A stretch of DNA of 53,192 bases, the filler included, from Bipalium vagum (Eukaryota): NCBI GenBank assembly GCA_037834085.1. It is 3 parts of 3 records of this genome, joined end to end, with 100 filler letters (N's around TTAATTAATTAA, not from the genome) between each part and the next. Parts side by side here need not be neighbours in the genome. Positions count along the whole stretch, not along the records: positions 1 to 16,568 come from JBBMKC010104919.1; positions 16,669 to 35,275 come from JBBMKC010024632.1; 1 more part is not named here. One strand, 5' to 3'. Within the stretch, counting starts at the first letter, position 1. Each line of letters begins with the position of its first letter. The notes beneath the pieces were generated by a model. It saw only the letters and a program-made list of their open reading frames with translations. It did no database searches and was not told the DNA's origin. Shown piece after piece: positions 12,340 through 23,700 of the stretch. The position numbers were made by a program, and so were the translations under genes.

Positions 12340-13254
12340 CTAGTGTGTAAGTGGTGAAATAATAATAATAGTAATAATATAAAGGGCAAACGAGAATAAT
12401 AACCCATTATAATAGTTATAACATTGATAATAATATTTACAATAATAATAATTTTACTTTAAATATAAATATAATACATATACATAAAGTTTAGTATCCT
12501 AACTCACAGATTTTTCTTTAAGAAAATTAAGTACCCTTACAGCCCGAAATTGCCTTTTGATCAGCCACTTTATCCGGTAGTGATACGGACTTCTAAAATA
12601 CCCTTTTGCATTCATACCTTCTATGAACATTTTTGTTGCCTGAGTCAAACTCTTTTCCGCTGCTCCAAACATTCTGGATTTAACTTATTATTGTTCGCTC
12701 TTCTTGTCTTAAAATCGCGATTAATAAACCTACTGTGTCGATCAATAATGACCAAGATATAATTTCTTCACTTAATATTTCCCTAAAAGGTTCATAAATA
12801 TCAAATATTTTTTCAAACATTTGTGATTCTTGAAATTTCATCAACATTTCACTGAATTCAGCTGTCAATGTCTTCTATTTTTTAAAAACTTCTTTGGTAT
12901 ATTCCCACAATTTCTTCATATCAAAGTTTGTTGTTAAGTGCCTCACCAATTTCTCCGATCCGTCATTTGAAAATATTTTGAGTACCTGTCCATGAAAACT
13001 TTAGATTTCAATTCTGCTATGAACAATTTCCATTTCGTGTTGCACGTCATTCGATATTAAAAATTTTTCTTCTCTATTAATTTTGATATGTTTAATTCCT
13101 AATATCTCTGGGCTATTGTGTTGCCAATGATCAAAAGTACTTTCCTATTTTTAATTCTGACGCTAATTCCAATTTTAGTAATAGTAATTAGTATTGTAAT
13201 AAAAATTGTGAACAATAATTAAAAGTTGTTCTTGATAGCATATCTACATATATA

Positions 13255-14536
13255 TTAGGTTGATGCAAAAATAATGCATCTTTTATAACTTCAAACTTAG
13301 CATATCATAAGTCGGACCAAACAAACATTTATTAATCAACGTAACATCCTTGTGATTCCACACATTTCTGCCAACGCAAAATAAGCTTGTTGATACCAGA
13401 AACATAGAAATCCGTTTGTGTGCACCTCACAAATTCCAAGAAGGCGTTTTCAGCTTCGGCTCGGTTGTTGCAGCATTTACCTTGAAGTGAGTTTTGTAGA
13501 TGTTTGAAAAATTGGAAGTCTGTTGGTGCTAGGTCTGGGGAATATGGAGGATGGGCAGAATTACGTAACCAAGTTCGTTAAATTTCTGCAAGGTTGATAT
13601 TGCGATGTGTGGTCTGACATTATCCTGAAGAAAGATTAGTCCTTTTCTGTTTACCAAAGCTGGACTCAAAATTTGTAATTTTTGGTGCATATCGTTGATT
13701 TGCTGACAGTATCTGTTGAACGTAATCGTTTTTCCAGGATCCAGGAAATTGAAATGGATCAAACCATGTACGCACCACCAAACATTTATCATTACCTTTT
13801 TCTGTTGCAATTTTTGTTTCGGAAAGGTTTTTGGAGGTTCACTTTTGTGCAACCATTGACCAGAGCGTTGTCTATTATCGTACAAGATCCATTTCTCATC
13901 ACATGTTACAATTCTATTGAGAAATGGATCCTTCTTGTTACGGAAAAGAAGGTAAAACGCAACTTCAAAGCGCCGTAATTTTTGGTTTGTATTGATCTCG
14001 TGTGACACCCATTTGTTCAGCTTCTTCACTTTTATAATTTGTCCGAGGTGTCTCACAATTCTTGAATGGTAAACCTGAAGTTCTTTTGCAACTTCTATTG
14101 TGATTTTCCTTGAATAAGATTCGATGGCAGCCTCTAATTGATCATTTTCTGAAGCTGATGGACGGCCACGACCTTCTTTATCTTCCAAACTATAATTATT
14201 GTTTTCAAACTTTAAGAACCAACGCTGAACTGTTGTTTACTTCACGCTTCCTATGCCCCATACTGCATTAATATTTCGTGCTGTTTCCGCAGCGCTTCTT
14301 TCAAGCTTGAACTCATAAAAATATATTTAACGGAAGTCCTTTTACGACATCTAAAACACATAGTTTTCATTTCTAAATAAATTATGAAATATTTAAATTT
14401 TACTTTAAATTATTTAATTACTAACAAGTGATTATTACTAAGAATAACAATTAGATTTTAAAAAGTGTATTGTTTAGTTAAAAAAATGTTTTAGTTAAAC
14501 AATGCTAAAAGATGCATTATTTTTGCACCAACCTAA
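13255..14536 (-). mobile_element. Mariner (DD34D) element, near full length, disrupted
   Basis: TIRs TTAGGTTGATGCAAAAATAATGCATCTTTT / reverse complement TTAGGTTGGTGCAAAAATAATGCATCTTTT, with TA flanks. ORF 13529-14188 has WVSHEI, VTCDEKWILYDN, QDNVRPH, and a frameshifted HPPYSPDLAPTDF. Confidence 0.93.
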
Positions 14537-14640
14537 TATTAAATAACAATTAGATTTTAAAAAGTGTATTGTTTAGTTAAAAAAATGTTTTAGTTAAACA
14601 ATGCTAAAAGATGCATTATTTTTGCACCAACCTAATATTA
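14443..14640. repeat. 99-bp tandem duplication including the mariner TIR and TA site
   Basis: 14443-14541 and 14542-14640 appear identical by eye. Confidence 0.9.
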
Positions 14641-14950
14641 AATGTTTGAATGAACTGTTTATTGAATTTACTGAAACTTCTTTCCAGGATTCCACCATCA
14701 TATATGCCACATCTATTAGTTTAATAATCTTTAAAGCATCGCAAATATCATCTGATCTCGCAGCGAGAGTTCTGAACAGATGTCTATGATATTAAGTTTT
14801 GATTGTTTTTAAAACATAATGGTCAAGTGGCTGTAAGTATAATCTAAGATTGGGAGGAAATATATAAGATAACGAAACCTTTGACATAATCACTATCATG
14901 ACAAGGCGAGTTATGAGTAAATGATTTCTGTGGCATATTTAATGATTTTA
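14641..14950 (-). mobile_element. pogo/Tigger (DDE_1, CENP-B-like) transposase fragment
   Basis: Minus strand reads HNSPCHDS (DNxxCH-like), then after a frameshift FPPNLRLYLQPLDHYVLKTIKT*YHRHL...LIDVAYMMVESWKEVSVNSINSSFK, matching the LPPNxTxxLQPLD...AWxxVxxxTIxxCF pattern. Confidence 0.75.
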
Positions 14951-15008
14951 AATGCAACATTTTATTATAATTATAATAATAATAAAAGAAAAATTTTTCA
15001 CAAAATAC

Positions 15009-16073
15009 TTTTATTAAGTCTGGACAAGCTAGATTTTCTTCCGGTTCCCATGAATTTTCTGAATCAGGAAATCCTTCCCATTTCAAAAGGAATTTACGTG
15101 CACCATTGATAATTTTCATTTTCAAAATTTTTTCCACCATGAAGATTTCCTTTGTGGTTTCACACATTTTAATTGGAGAGGCAACGCTTAGGTTCCTGGA
15201 TCTTTCAGTATGAATAACTTTTGCTAATATGTTCCATTGATTATTGAGCTCTGTACTCTCTATCTTGTTACTCTTGAATTCATGTAAAATCTGAATATCT
15301 GGTGATTTCACATTAGCCTCAGTACTAACTTCTATATTTCTATCATTGAGAGACTTCGAATAAACACTGGAGATCATTGGAATTTCTTTATTGCTAAAGT
15401 TCTCAGCTATCATATTTTTGATTTTACTATTTTTCTTCTTGTCGATTATCCATTTAAATTTTTTCTTTTTGAAAATTTTGTTTTGATTTCCCGAACTATT
15501 TATTTTACTTTTCTTTTTCATTATATTTGGTTTTGGTTTTGCATTTATGTTACCCCATTCCTTGTCATTAAGTTTTTTGTGCTGATAGTACTGCATAAGA
15601 TTTCCAGTAACACGTGGATTTTCGCTTTCCAGTGGCTTGACTTCAACCTGTGCAGTAATGTTAATACCTATTTTCTCCTCAGTCTGAATTTGATCGTCTT
15701 TAATGCTTGGAATAATGGAATTATTATTTATATTCAAAATAACAGCACTATCATTATGTCCCATGTCAATTATATTTTGATATGATAAATCCTCCTGTAT
15801 GATAATATCCTCTTCTCTCATACTTTTCTGACAAACATTTTTATTTTTCCCGTAGCTAGTAATATCAATTGTCTCACCTAATTTACAATTTTCAGTCCGA
15901 GAAATAAGCCCAAAGAAATTATTTTCCCTAAAAACTATATCTTCCATATCTTTTTCCTTTTGCACCGACTTAAGGAGATTACTACATTCAATATTTAATT
16001 CAGAATTTTCACTTTCCAATTCAATATTAATCAATTTTCTCTGTGTATCTTTTTCCAATTTACCGAGAAATTC
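15009..16073 (-). CDS. HP1-like gene exon: ~305-aa linker plus chromodomain (gene 5'-incomplete)
   Basis: TTTTAG acceptor at 16075-74 and AAA|GTATTT donor at 15008; 1065 bp, phase 0-0. Ends EIFMVEKILKMKIINGARKFLLKWEGFPDSENSWEPEENLACPDLIK, a canonical chromodomain with an F/W/F aromatic cage. Confidence 0.9.
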
Positions 16074-16568
16074 CTAAAACATATCAGTGAAAAATGGTCA
16101 CAAAAACAAAATAAAATAAGGTTATAAAAAATGACTAGCAACACATAATTTAAAAATTTTCCGGCCTTTCCAAAATTCTGTTTTAGAATTTTTTTTAAAA
16201 AATATAATTGTTTAAATTTTTTTAACCATAAAACTGAAAGCTTAAAACACAAAATCTTAAGGTTTCTTTCCATTGACTGTAAATATTTAAGTATTTTCTC
16301 AAGTATCATAATTAAATTAATAATTGAAATATAGAAAATCCTAGAAGTTGATTTTAAAATTGACTTATAAGAAAAATATTGAAAAAAATAAAGCGAATTT
16401 CTAAAATACGAAACAGTACGTCTTATTTTGATCAAAACTGAACATTCTTAAAATATAAATTTAGTATATTTCTAGCGTTTTACAATAATGATAGTTATAT
16501 TCTTGTGTAGTCATTTTTAAATAATAATTCAAAGTCGAAGCAATAATAATATATTTCATTAAATCTGA

Positions 16569-16668
16569 NNNNNNNNNNNNNNNNNNNNNNNNNNNNNNNN
16601 NNNNNNNNNNNNTTAATTAATTAANNNNNNNNNNNNNNNNNNNNNNNNNNNNNNNNNNNNNNNNNNNN
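16569..16668. other. Artificial scaffold linker (N44-TTAATTAATTAA-N44)
   Basis: Exactly 100 bp with a central 12-mer that puts stops in all six frames; the identical structure recurs at 35276. Confidence 0.97.
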
Positions 16669-18079
16669 TGCCTCTATTGAAATATATTGTATTAATAAAA
16701 TTTTTTATTTATGTATTACGTTTTGACTTCTATTTTAATTAAATGAGTAGGAAGGGACTTTTGGCGCACCTTGTATCTCGAATAATGTAAAATGATTAAA
16801 GATAGTTGTTAAGGATTATAAATAGTCTTCAGAATTGATCTTTTTAAATATTGATTTTAAAGTTTTTGTGTACTAAAGATTAACATGAATTTATGTAAAA
16901 TTCTAACAATAGATTAAAGCTTTGAGTTCGGAAATGAATTAAAAATGTTTATTGGGTATATTTTACTTTAATTGGAAAAATATATTTTATTAAAATCGGT
17001 ATTTGAATTGAGTTATTATTATTTGGTTAGATTTGATTTTTCTATTAATTGAACAGATGATTTCCTTTCATTTATTTATTACAACTAAACAATATATAAT
17101 AGTATTAGGTGTATAATAAAGAAATATAAAAGTTATTTGTTATTTATTTATTAAATAAAGTGAATTTATCTCAAGATTAATAAAATGTTTTTTTAAAATA
17201 ATGTGAAAATTGTTAAATTATTAAATGTTCCTTTTAGAGTTTTTTCTATTACTTAAATCAATCGGAAGTTGTATTAAAAGAATAATAATATATAACAAAT
17301 ATTTTAAAGGATTGAATATTATTAAAAGTTATGCCATGTTTCTTTAATTTTTTGAAAAAATACAAATATAATAAGATTAATTTTTAATTTTCTGAGAAGT
17401 ACAAATATTATTTTGAGTAATAAATATTGATTAAATCCAAAATTTGGAAAAAAACAGTTTCGCTAGTTCAAGTTTTTGCAAATAAATTGAGAAAATTTTA
17501 AGAAAAAGAATATTTTTTATAATTTAAATATTTTTTTATCAATGTTTTAACGTTTTTCCTTATTTTGCACCAAGAAATTTACTCAATGGGCCATTTATAA
17601 TTATAAGATGTCAGATATTCTTAAATACTATAATATGAAATTAGTTCGAGGTTAGACTGAATCCTTTTATAAATGAGAAACATTTTATATTATTATTGGA
17701 GAAGTCGAAATTTGGTAAAAAAATTCAAAATTGAATGAGAATATTCTATTAATTTATAAAGAAACATTGTTTTAATAAATAAGAATATATATACACCTAA
17801 AATATTTATTTTAATTCTTCCGTAACATGATAACTTAATAATCATTAAGTTTAATAATATTTATAGAAAAATGTTATAAGTTTATTTCATTAAACGACAT
17901 TGGTAACCAATACAAACTTATCTCTAGTAGTAAGTAAGCGATATTCAACTTTGATATGTGACTAATTTAAAAGGTTAGTTCAGTTTTTACGTTTCAGATA
18001 AACTGACACATATTGCGTGTTATTTTTCTTTTTAAAAGTAAATTTTCTTTAATGAATTATAGTAAAAATATAATTTTAG

Positions 18080-18399
18080 GAAATTGCTTGAAAACCTTTC
18101 CGAAAACCAGGGCTCAGGCAATTTAAATAATCTTATCGATGTCAGTTCTATTGTGAATCTGGGAGAAAAAACAAAAACATCCAGCTCGGAAGCACTTATT
18201 GATAACAGAGCTACCAAAAATATAAGTTCAAGCACCACTTCGATCATTAGAAATCTCAATTCTGGAACGGCGACATTTCTTTTACAAGCTTCCAATTTAA
18301 ATCAAACTTCTCTAAGCCTGGCATCATCCATATCCAACGACCAAACAGTCAATACTGAAAGTTCGCCTAATTACATAACGGCCATACAAATTTCTCAAA
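18080..18399 (+). CDS. CREB: CREB-like gene exon: second half of the kinase-inducible domain (KID) and Ser/Thr/Asn-rich region (gene 5'-incomplete)
   Basis: TTTTAG acceptor with phase-2 start, reading (R)KLLENLSEN, comparable to CREB (RRPSY)RKILNDLSSD. Donor CAAA|GTAAGG, phase 1. Confidence 0.72.
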
Positions 18400-18789
18400 G
18401 TAAGGTGCTAATTATTTTGAAAGATTTAATTTATATTAAGATTACCAAAATATTTATTTTATAATTGATAAAAAATAATCTGAATTATGGAATTTGACAT
18501 AATTACACGTATCAAGATACTGTGCTATGTAAAAATAATTGATTTTTCGCTGAATATATAAACGTTTTTTAATGTTATTAAATGAATGTCAAATGCAAAG
18601 AAAATGTTATCCACATCTTAAGTATTATTGTTTTCGTCTATCTTCAATTCTTTATACTTTTCAAAAAAAGTTAATTTCTGAAGTTTGTCTACGGTAATTT
18701 TTGAATAATTTTCAATTCACTGATTCTTACAAAAAGTAAATTTGATTGATATATTTTCATAAGTGACTTCAGGACTTAGATGAAAAATA

Positions 18790-19340
18790 TGAATTTGAAA
18801 TGAACAATTAACATTTCTAATTATTTACAATGCTTTTGTTAAGTGTACAGCGAAAATTGACAAAAAGAAAAATCGCCAATAGACAAATTTACTACCATTG
18901 TTTATAAGATATTTCTAAAAACAGATACGATTTTAGATTCCCAGGGTCAGAATGTTCATCTTTAATCGATTGAAAATCAAGGAATTGACAAAGAAGTGCA
19001 TTTTAGTGAGGCTTCTGTTAGTTCAGAAAATTTGTTGGTCTTTGAAATAATTGCACGAAATGAGGCGAGCACTTTTCAGCTCGAAAGATAACTTTTTAAA
19101 AAACTATAGAGACTCAAATATAAATATGAAAGAATTTCTGTTTTCATAAAGAAACCTTTAATGTTTCTGTTGAAATAACAAAATGTCAAACACATTGTCT
19201 GGATATCCATGAATTCAAAGAAGATTAATGATTATTTCTTTTTAGAGATTATACCATAAAATTGTAAGAATATTCAAATAGGATTATTTTGTTTACAGTC
19301 TTAAGAAATACAGATTGTTTGGGGAAATCATATTTTCAAT
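18790..19340 (+). mobile_element. Very decayed DD41D-like transposase remnant
   Basis: Fragmentary similarity only (VQRK..K.SP HTH-like start, DYFF near 19230). Confidence 0.3.
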
Positions 19341-19759
19341 GGGACATAGTACTTTCTAAATTGAATTAAACACTTATTTCCTTAAAATACGCAGAATGAG
19401 AAAGCTGGATCAGTTGATCATCAACAATCCAAAATCTAAGGAAAATTTGATAAATTGTCAGCCGAGCATGTCTATAAGTATTGGGGCTCGAAATCGGTTT
19501 TATAAAACAGATTCAAAAAAATATTTGCCAACGGAAAATATTTTGACTGAAATAAATTTTTTGTTACTTTTAAATAAAGGACTTCTCCATAAAAAAAATG
19601 ATGGAAATTAATACCTAATAATTTTTTTAATTTGATATTTTAATGTTTTAATTTTTGAAATCCGTTTTTGGATTTTTTAACCTGTTAGGTAAGTCAATTT
19701 AGATTTACAAGGTTTTCACTTTTACCTTTTCAGCCGTAAAATGTTAAAAAGGAAATCTA

Positions 19760-21600
19760 ATGTGTAGAAATTTTTCTGTGGGAATACCAAAGATGAAGTT
19801 CAATGTGCAAAGTATTAGAAGACCATGAAGTCTTCAGGAGGATCAATCGCATCTTTGATCTTGCATTTAAAAAAACTATCAAATCGAAGTAAATCAAGAT
19901 ACGAGTCAACCTCCTATGAAAATAGCAAAAACGTTAGAAAACTTTTTAATTAAGAAATTTATGGAAGAAGAGATTTCAAAACTGGTCGCTGTGGATAGAT
20001 TTTCTGTAAACTCAATCACTTTAAAGCAATATTATACAGAAAAATCTTATAATTCAGATAGGTAAATATCATAAATTACTATTATGAGTACCCATAAGTA
20101 ATCAATTATTTTTAGTATGTAATGTTTGCTTCATTCTAGTTCAGACCCTGAATTTATAAACGTGTTTTATTACTTTAAATTACAATCATTGACTTTGAAT
20201 ATTGATTATAATTAAATTCAAACGTTTTTTTAATTCTGATATAAAATGGCGAAGAATCAACCAAGTAAGGAATATTTACGTCATTGTATACTGTTTCATT
20301 TTCGATCGGATTTTAATGCAACCGTTGCAACAAAGAATATTTGTGATGTGTACGGATACGTAATAAAAGTCAATAAGTGCAAACATTGGTTTCGAAAATT
20401 TTCAAATGATGATTTTGACTTGTCTGAGAGCGCCCGAACTGGACGCCCGGTAGGGTTTGATAAAGACGCTCTAAAAGCACTGGTGGAAACGAATCCCAAA
20501 ATGGGTATCCAGGAAATAGCAAAAATTCTTCAAGCTACTTGGTCAACAGTTCAAATACATCTTAAAGAAATCGGAAAGGTTTACAGGCAGGATATATGGG
20601 TCCCACATCTATTGTCGGAGATGAATAAATCAACGACGTACAATTTGCACATCTCTTTTTTACAGACAAAGAAATGATCCGTTTTTAAGAAGGATTGTTA
20701 CTGGTGACGAGAAATGGATCTTGTACAACAACAACAAGCGCACCAAGCAATGGATTTCTCCAAATCAACTAGCCGTACCCATTCCAAAACCATCCCTGAC
20801 TCTAAAGAAGGTATTATTGCGTTTGGTGGACTGTGATGGCATAATTAATTTTGAACTATTGAAATCAGGAGAAACAGTTACAGCTGAATTGGATAGATTA
20901 TGAAACTTGATAGATTATAAAAATTGATAGATTATGGGTAGTTTTAGCACACCCACCATATTCTCCAGACATAGCGCCATCGGATTTTTATTTATTCCGG
21001 TCCATAGAACATTCCCTGAAGAATCAAAATTTCAAAAATCCCGATGTTCGAACTCACCTATAATCATATTTCTCTTCAAAGGATACAGAATTTTATGGCT
21101 GGGGAATTGAAACTCTACCAACAAGATGGAAAAAGGTCCTAGACAACGATGGAATTTATATAATCGATTAAAAATTGAAATAAATGTATTTAAATTCTTT
21201 TTTTGCCACTTAAATAATTGATTACTTATGGGTACTCCTAATACCAACATCTTCAAGAATATGGCCAAGAATTAATACATAATTTAAAGGAAAGAACTCA
21301 TCTGTTAGTTTAAAAAACAACTAACCTTAAGAATTCGCTACTCATTGACATTAGATGAATATACATTTGTAGAAAAAAACACAATGTATGAGAATATAAA
21401 TTTTCTTGCAAAAGATAACTATTGGTGGTTAGACCTCATTGAAATTAATTGTTCCATTCACTGCAGAAAACTGGGCAAATTTTAAGTGTACACTTACACC
21501 AATTTTGATTGAACTTATATGAGCTGCAAAAGTTTTGGAGCCGCCATGATGGTAAAGTTAAGTAAAAAAAAATACAACCTCATCATTAACAATTTAATGG
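19760..21600 (+). mobile_element. hAT transposase remnant, interrupted by a mariner
   Basis: BED-finger-like WEY..DEVQCAK..TMKSSGGSIASLILHL and EEISKLVAVD before the mariner; RYSLTLDEYT (hAT first catalytic Asp motif) after it. Confidence 0.6.
20082..21241 (+). mobile_element. Mariner (DD34D) element, disrupted
   Basis: TIRs TTATGAGTACCCATAAGTAATCAATTATT / reverse complement TTAGGAGTACCCATAAGTAATCAATTATT, with TA flanks. Motifs LRHCILFHF, WFRKF, WVPHLL, VTGDEKW, HPPYSPDIAPSDFYLF. Confidence 0.92.
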
Positions 21601-21769
21601 ATATTGTATACATCTGTCTGTGTTGGAAATATTTTATGAAAAAAAATATTGAAAATGTTGCCTCAGTCGATGAGACTGATATAGAAAGTGAAAAGAATGA
21701 TATAAAAGAGAATAATGCAGATGATTGCGAACCAAGTCAATAAGATATGATTTATCAAACAGATTTAGC

Positions 21770-22220
21770 TTATGAGAATAACTGTTTCCCTCCTCTAAAA
21801 CCTGAAATTTGATTTTATCCTTCTTATTTCTCAGATATAATATCCTCTGACTATCACATATTTTTGTCGAATTAGCATTTCCTTCCGAAAATAAATTTCA
21901 AATTCAAGATGCAATGAGTTTTCTTTAAGGGCACAGTTGAAATTTTCTGACCCGGGTTGGTATATTTAATTTACTTCACCAAACCTTCTGTTTGTTCAGA
22001 TTTTTGTAGAAAAATTTTGGTGTGGAAAATCTTCAAAGCTTTGGAACTCCAAAACCATATTGATCAATTCATATCCTAAAAAATCTGATCATTTCTGGTA
22101 AGATAGCTCATTTAAGATTCCTCAAATAGGAATACAATTAGTGAAACAAGTGTTAAATTTGAATTTGATCTTTAATTAAAAATTGATTAAAACCTAAAAA
22201 CATAAAAACTTATAATTTTA
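21770..22220 (+). mobile_element. Decayed mariner 3' fragment
   Basis: YPSYFSDIISSDYHIFLS resembles HPPYSPDLAPSDYHLF. Boundaries approximate. Confidence 0.45.
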
Positions 22221-22711
22221 ATAATTAAATTACATGTATTGATCAATCGATTAAAAATTTAACATTTGGTATTTATTATAAATATGAACTTTTTAAGATT
22301 ATATTCAGTTTATTTTTAATAAAATTATTTTTTGAATGAGATTTCCATTTTAATTTCTAAGAAATTCTAAATAGAATATTTTTTTTCAAAACTATTGATT
22401 TAATGTGCACTATGAATTTAATGTTTTTTAATTTAAGCCTCTTGAAATGGAATGATTATTAATTATTCTGATCACATGGGTCATTTAATTATCAACTTTT
22501 ATCAGTGTTTATTATTAGTTTAATGTGAAATTCAATTATAACAAAAATCTAAGCCATTTCAAATTTTGTTTTCTGAGCCAATTGAAAATTTTTCAATTCA
22601 TACATCTAGGTCAATGATGATAAATATTATTTTTCGTTTCATAGTAATTAAATAGGAAACATTATTTTTATGTATAATATCCTTCAAGTAATTTGAGTAT
22701 TTTTAACTAAG

Positions 22712-22845
22712 ACAGTTCAAATCTCCCTACTTTGGCATTCAATCAACCTCAAGCTTTGTTGCACTACTCAAAGCCAAATCAAGATTCAACAAACGCAGTT
22801 TTGATTCCAATTTCTCTTCAAAACTCAAATCAATATTCTCAACAG
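22712..22845 (+). CDS. CREB: CREB-like gene exon (Q-rich, Q2-like)
   Basis: TAAG acceptor (phase 1) and CAG|GTAATT donor (phase 0). Encodes SSNLPTLAFNQPQALLHYSKPNQDSTNAVLIPISLQNSNQYSQQ and keeps frame with both flanking exons. Confidence 0.65.
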
Positions 22846-23700
22846 GTAATTGTAATTGATTTTATTTTACAAATTTATTCTGTATTTGTTTTCAGTTTGA
22901 AAATTAATGTAATAAAAAAATAATGTAGTTAAATAATCGATAATCAATAAAATAATAATTATCAATAAATATTAATAAGTAATATAATTTATTTAGAAAA
23001 GAATTATTAAACTGTTGTTGCCAAGAGTTTTAATATATTTTCTTAAATATAAGAAAAGTTTCCTTTTACAATCGATTTTCTATTAACTAAGTTAATCTTA
23101 ATAACTTGAAACTATTTTTGTTCATAATAATTCAGATGCGTATCAAATTTTAGTTTTTTGTGCGTTTTATTCTGTCTATATGTAAAATATATCGAATCTC
23201 ACGAAGTGTAAGGTTTTTAATGCTTTGAGACAATATTTAAAATATTATGCAATGTGCCACATAAAATGAATATCGTAATGCACTATTTAATAAACAATAT
23301 ATATTATACAAGTTTCATATACAAGAAGATCGGTAACAAGTTTCCATCTATAAGAAAAAAGTCTGCATAATTAAAATTTTATTCATCAAACATACCAACA
23401 CAAATATTAGACTGCTTTTCATTTATCATTTCCCCAACATCTTTCCCCTTTGTAGGTATAACTTATGAATATATGTATCTTCTACGATGTCAAGACTCAG
23501 ATTAGACCTAAAAGAAGTATGTACGTATTTATGGATCGCTGACAGTAATTAGTGTTAATTTATATTTATAGAGAAAGTTAAATTTCTTTTGTATATTACC
23601 TGATCCACATAATATGTGGATATATATATTCTCTCTCTGTTATATATTCTTCAAAGTCATCAATTTTTAAAGCCTCTAACCATTTATTTAACATAAGTTA

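Noticed and set aside
14844-15008. C-terminal part of the 404-aa ORF, suggesting a chromodomain-transposase fusion
   Set aside because: It is read-through past the GT donor at 15008 into intron and a frameshifted pogo remnant; splicing to 12339 gives the proper HP1 sequence.
16613-16624. TTAATTAATTAA palindrome inside N-runs (also at 35320-35331)
   Set aside because: Symmetric 44-N padding and six-frame stops identify it as an assembly linker, not biological sequence.
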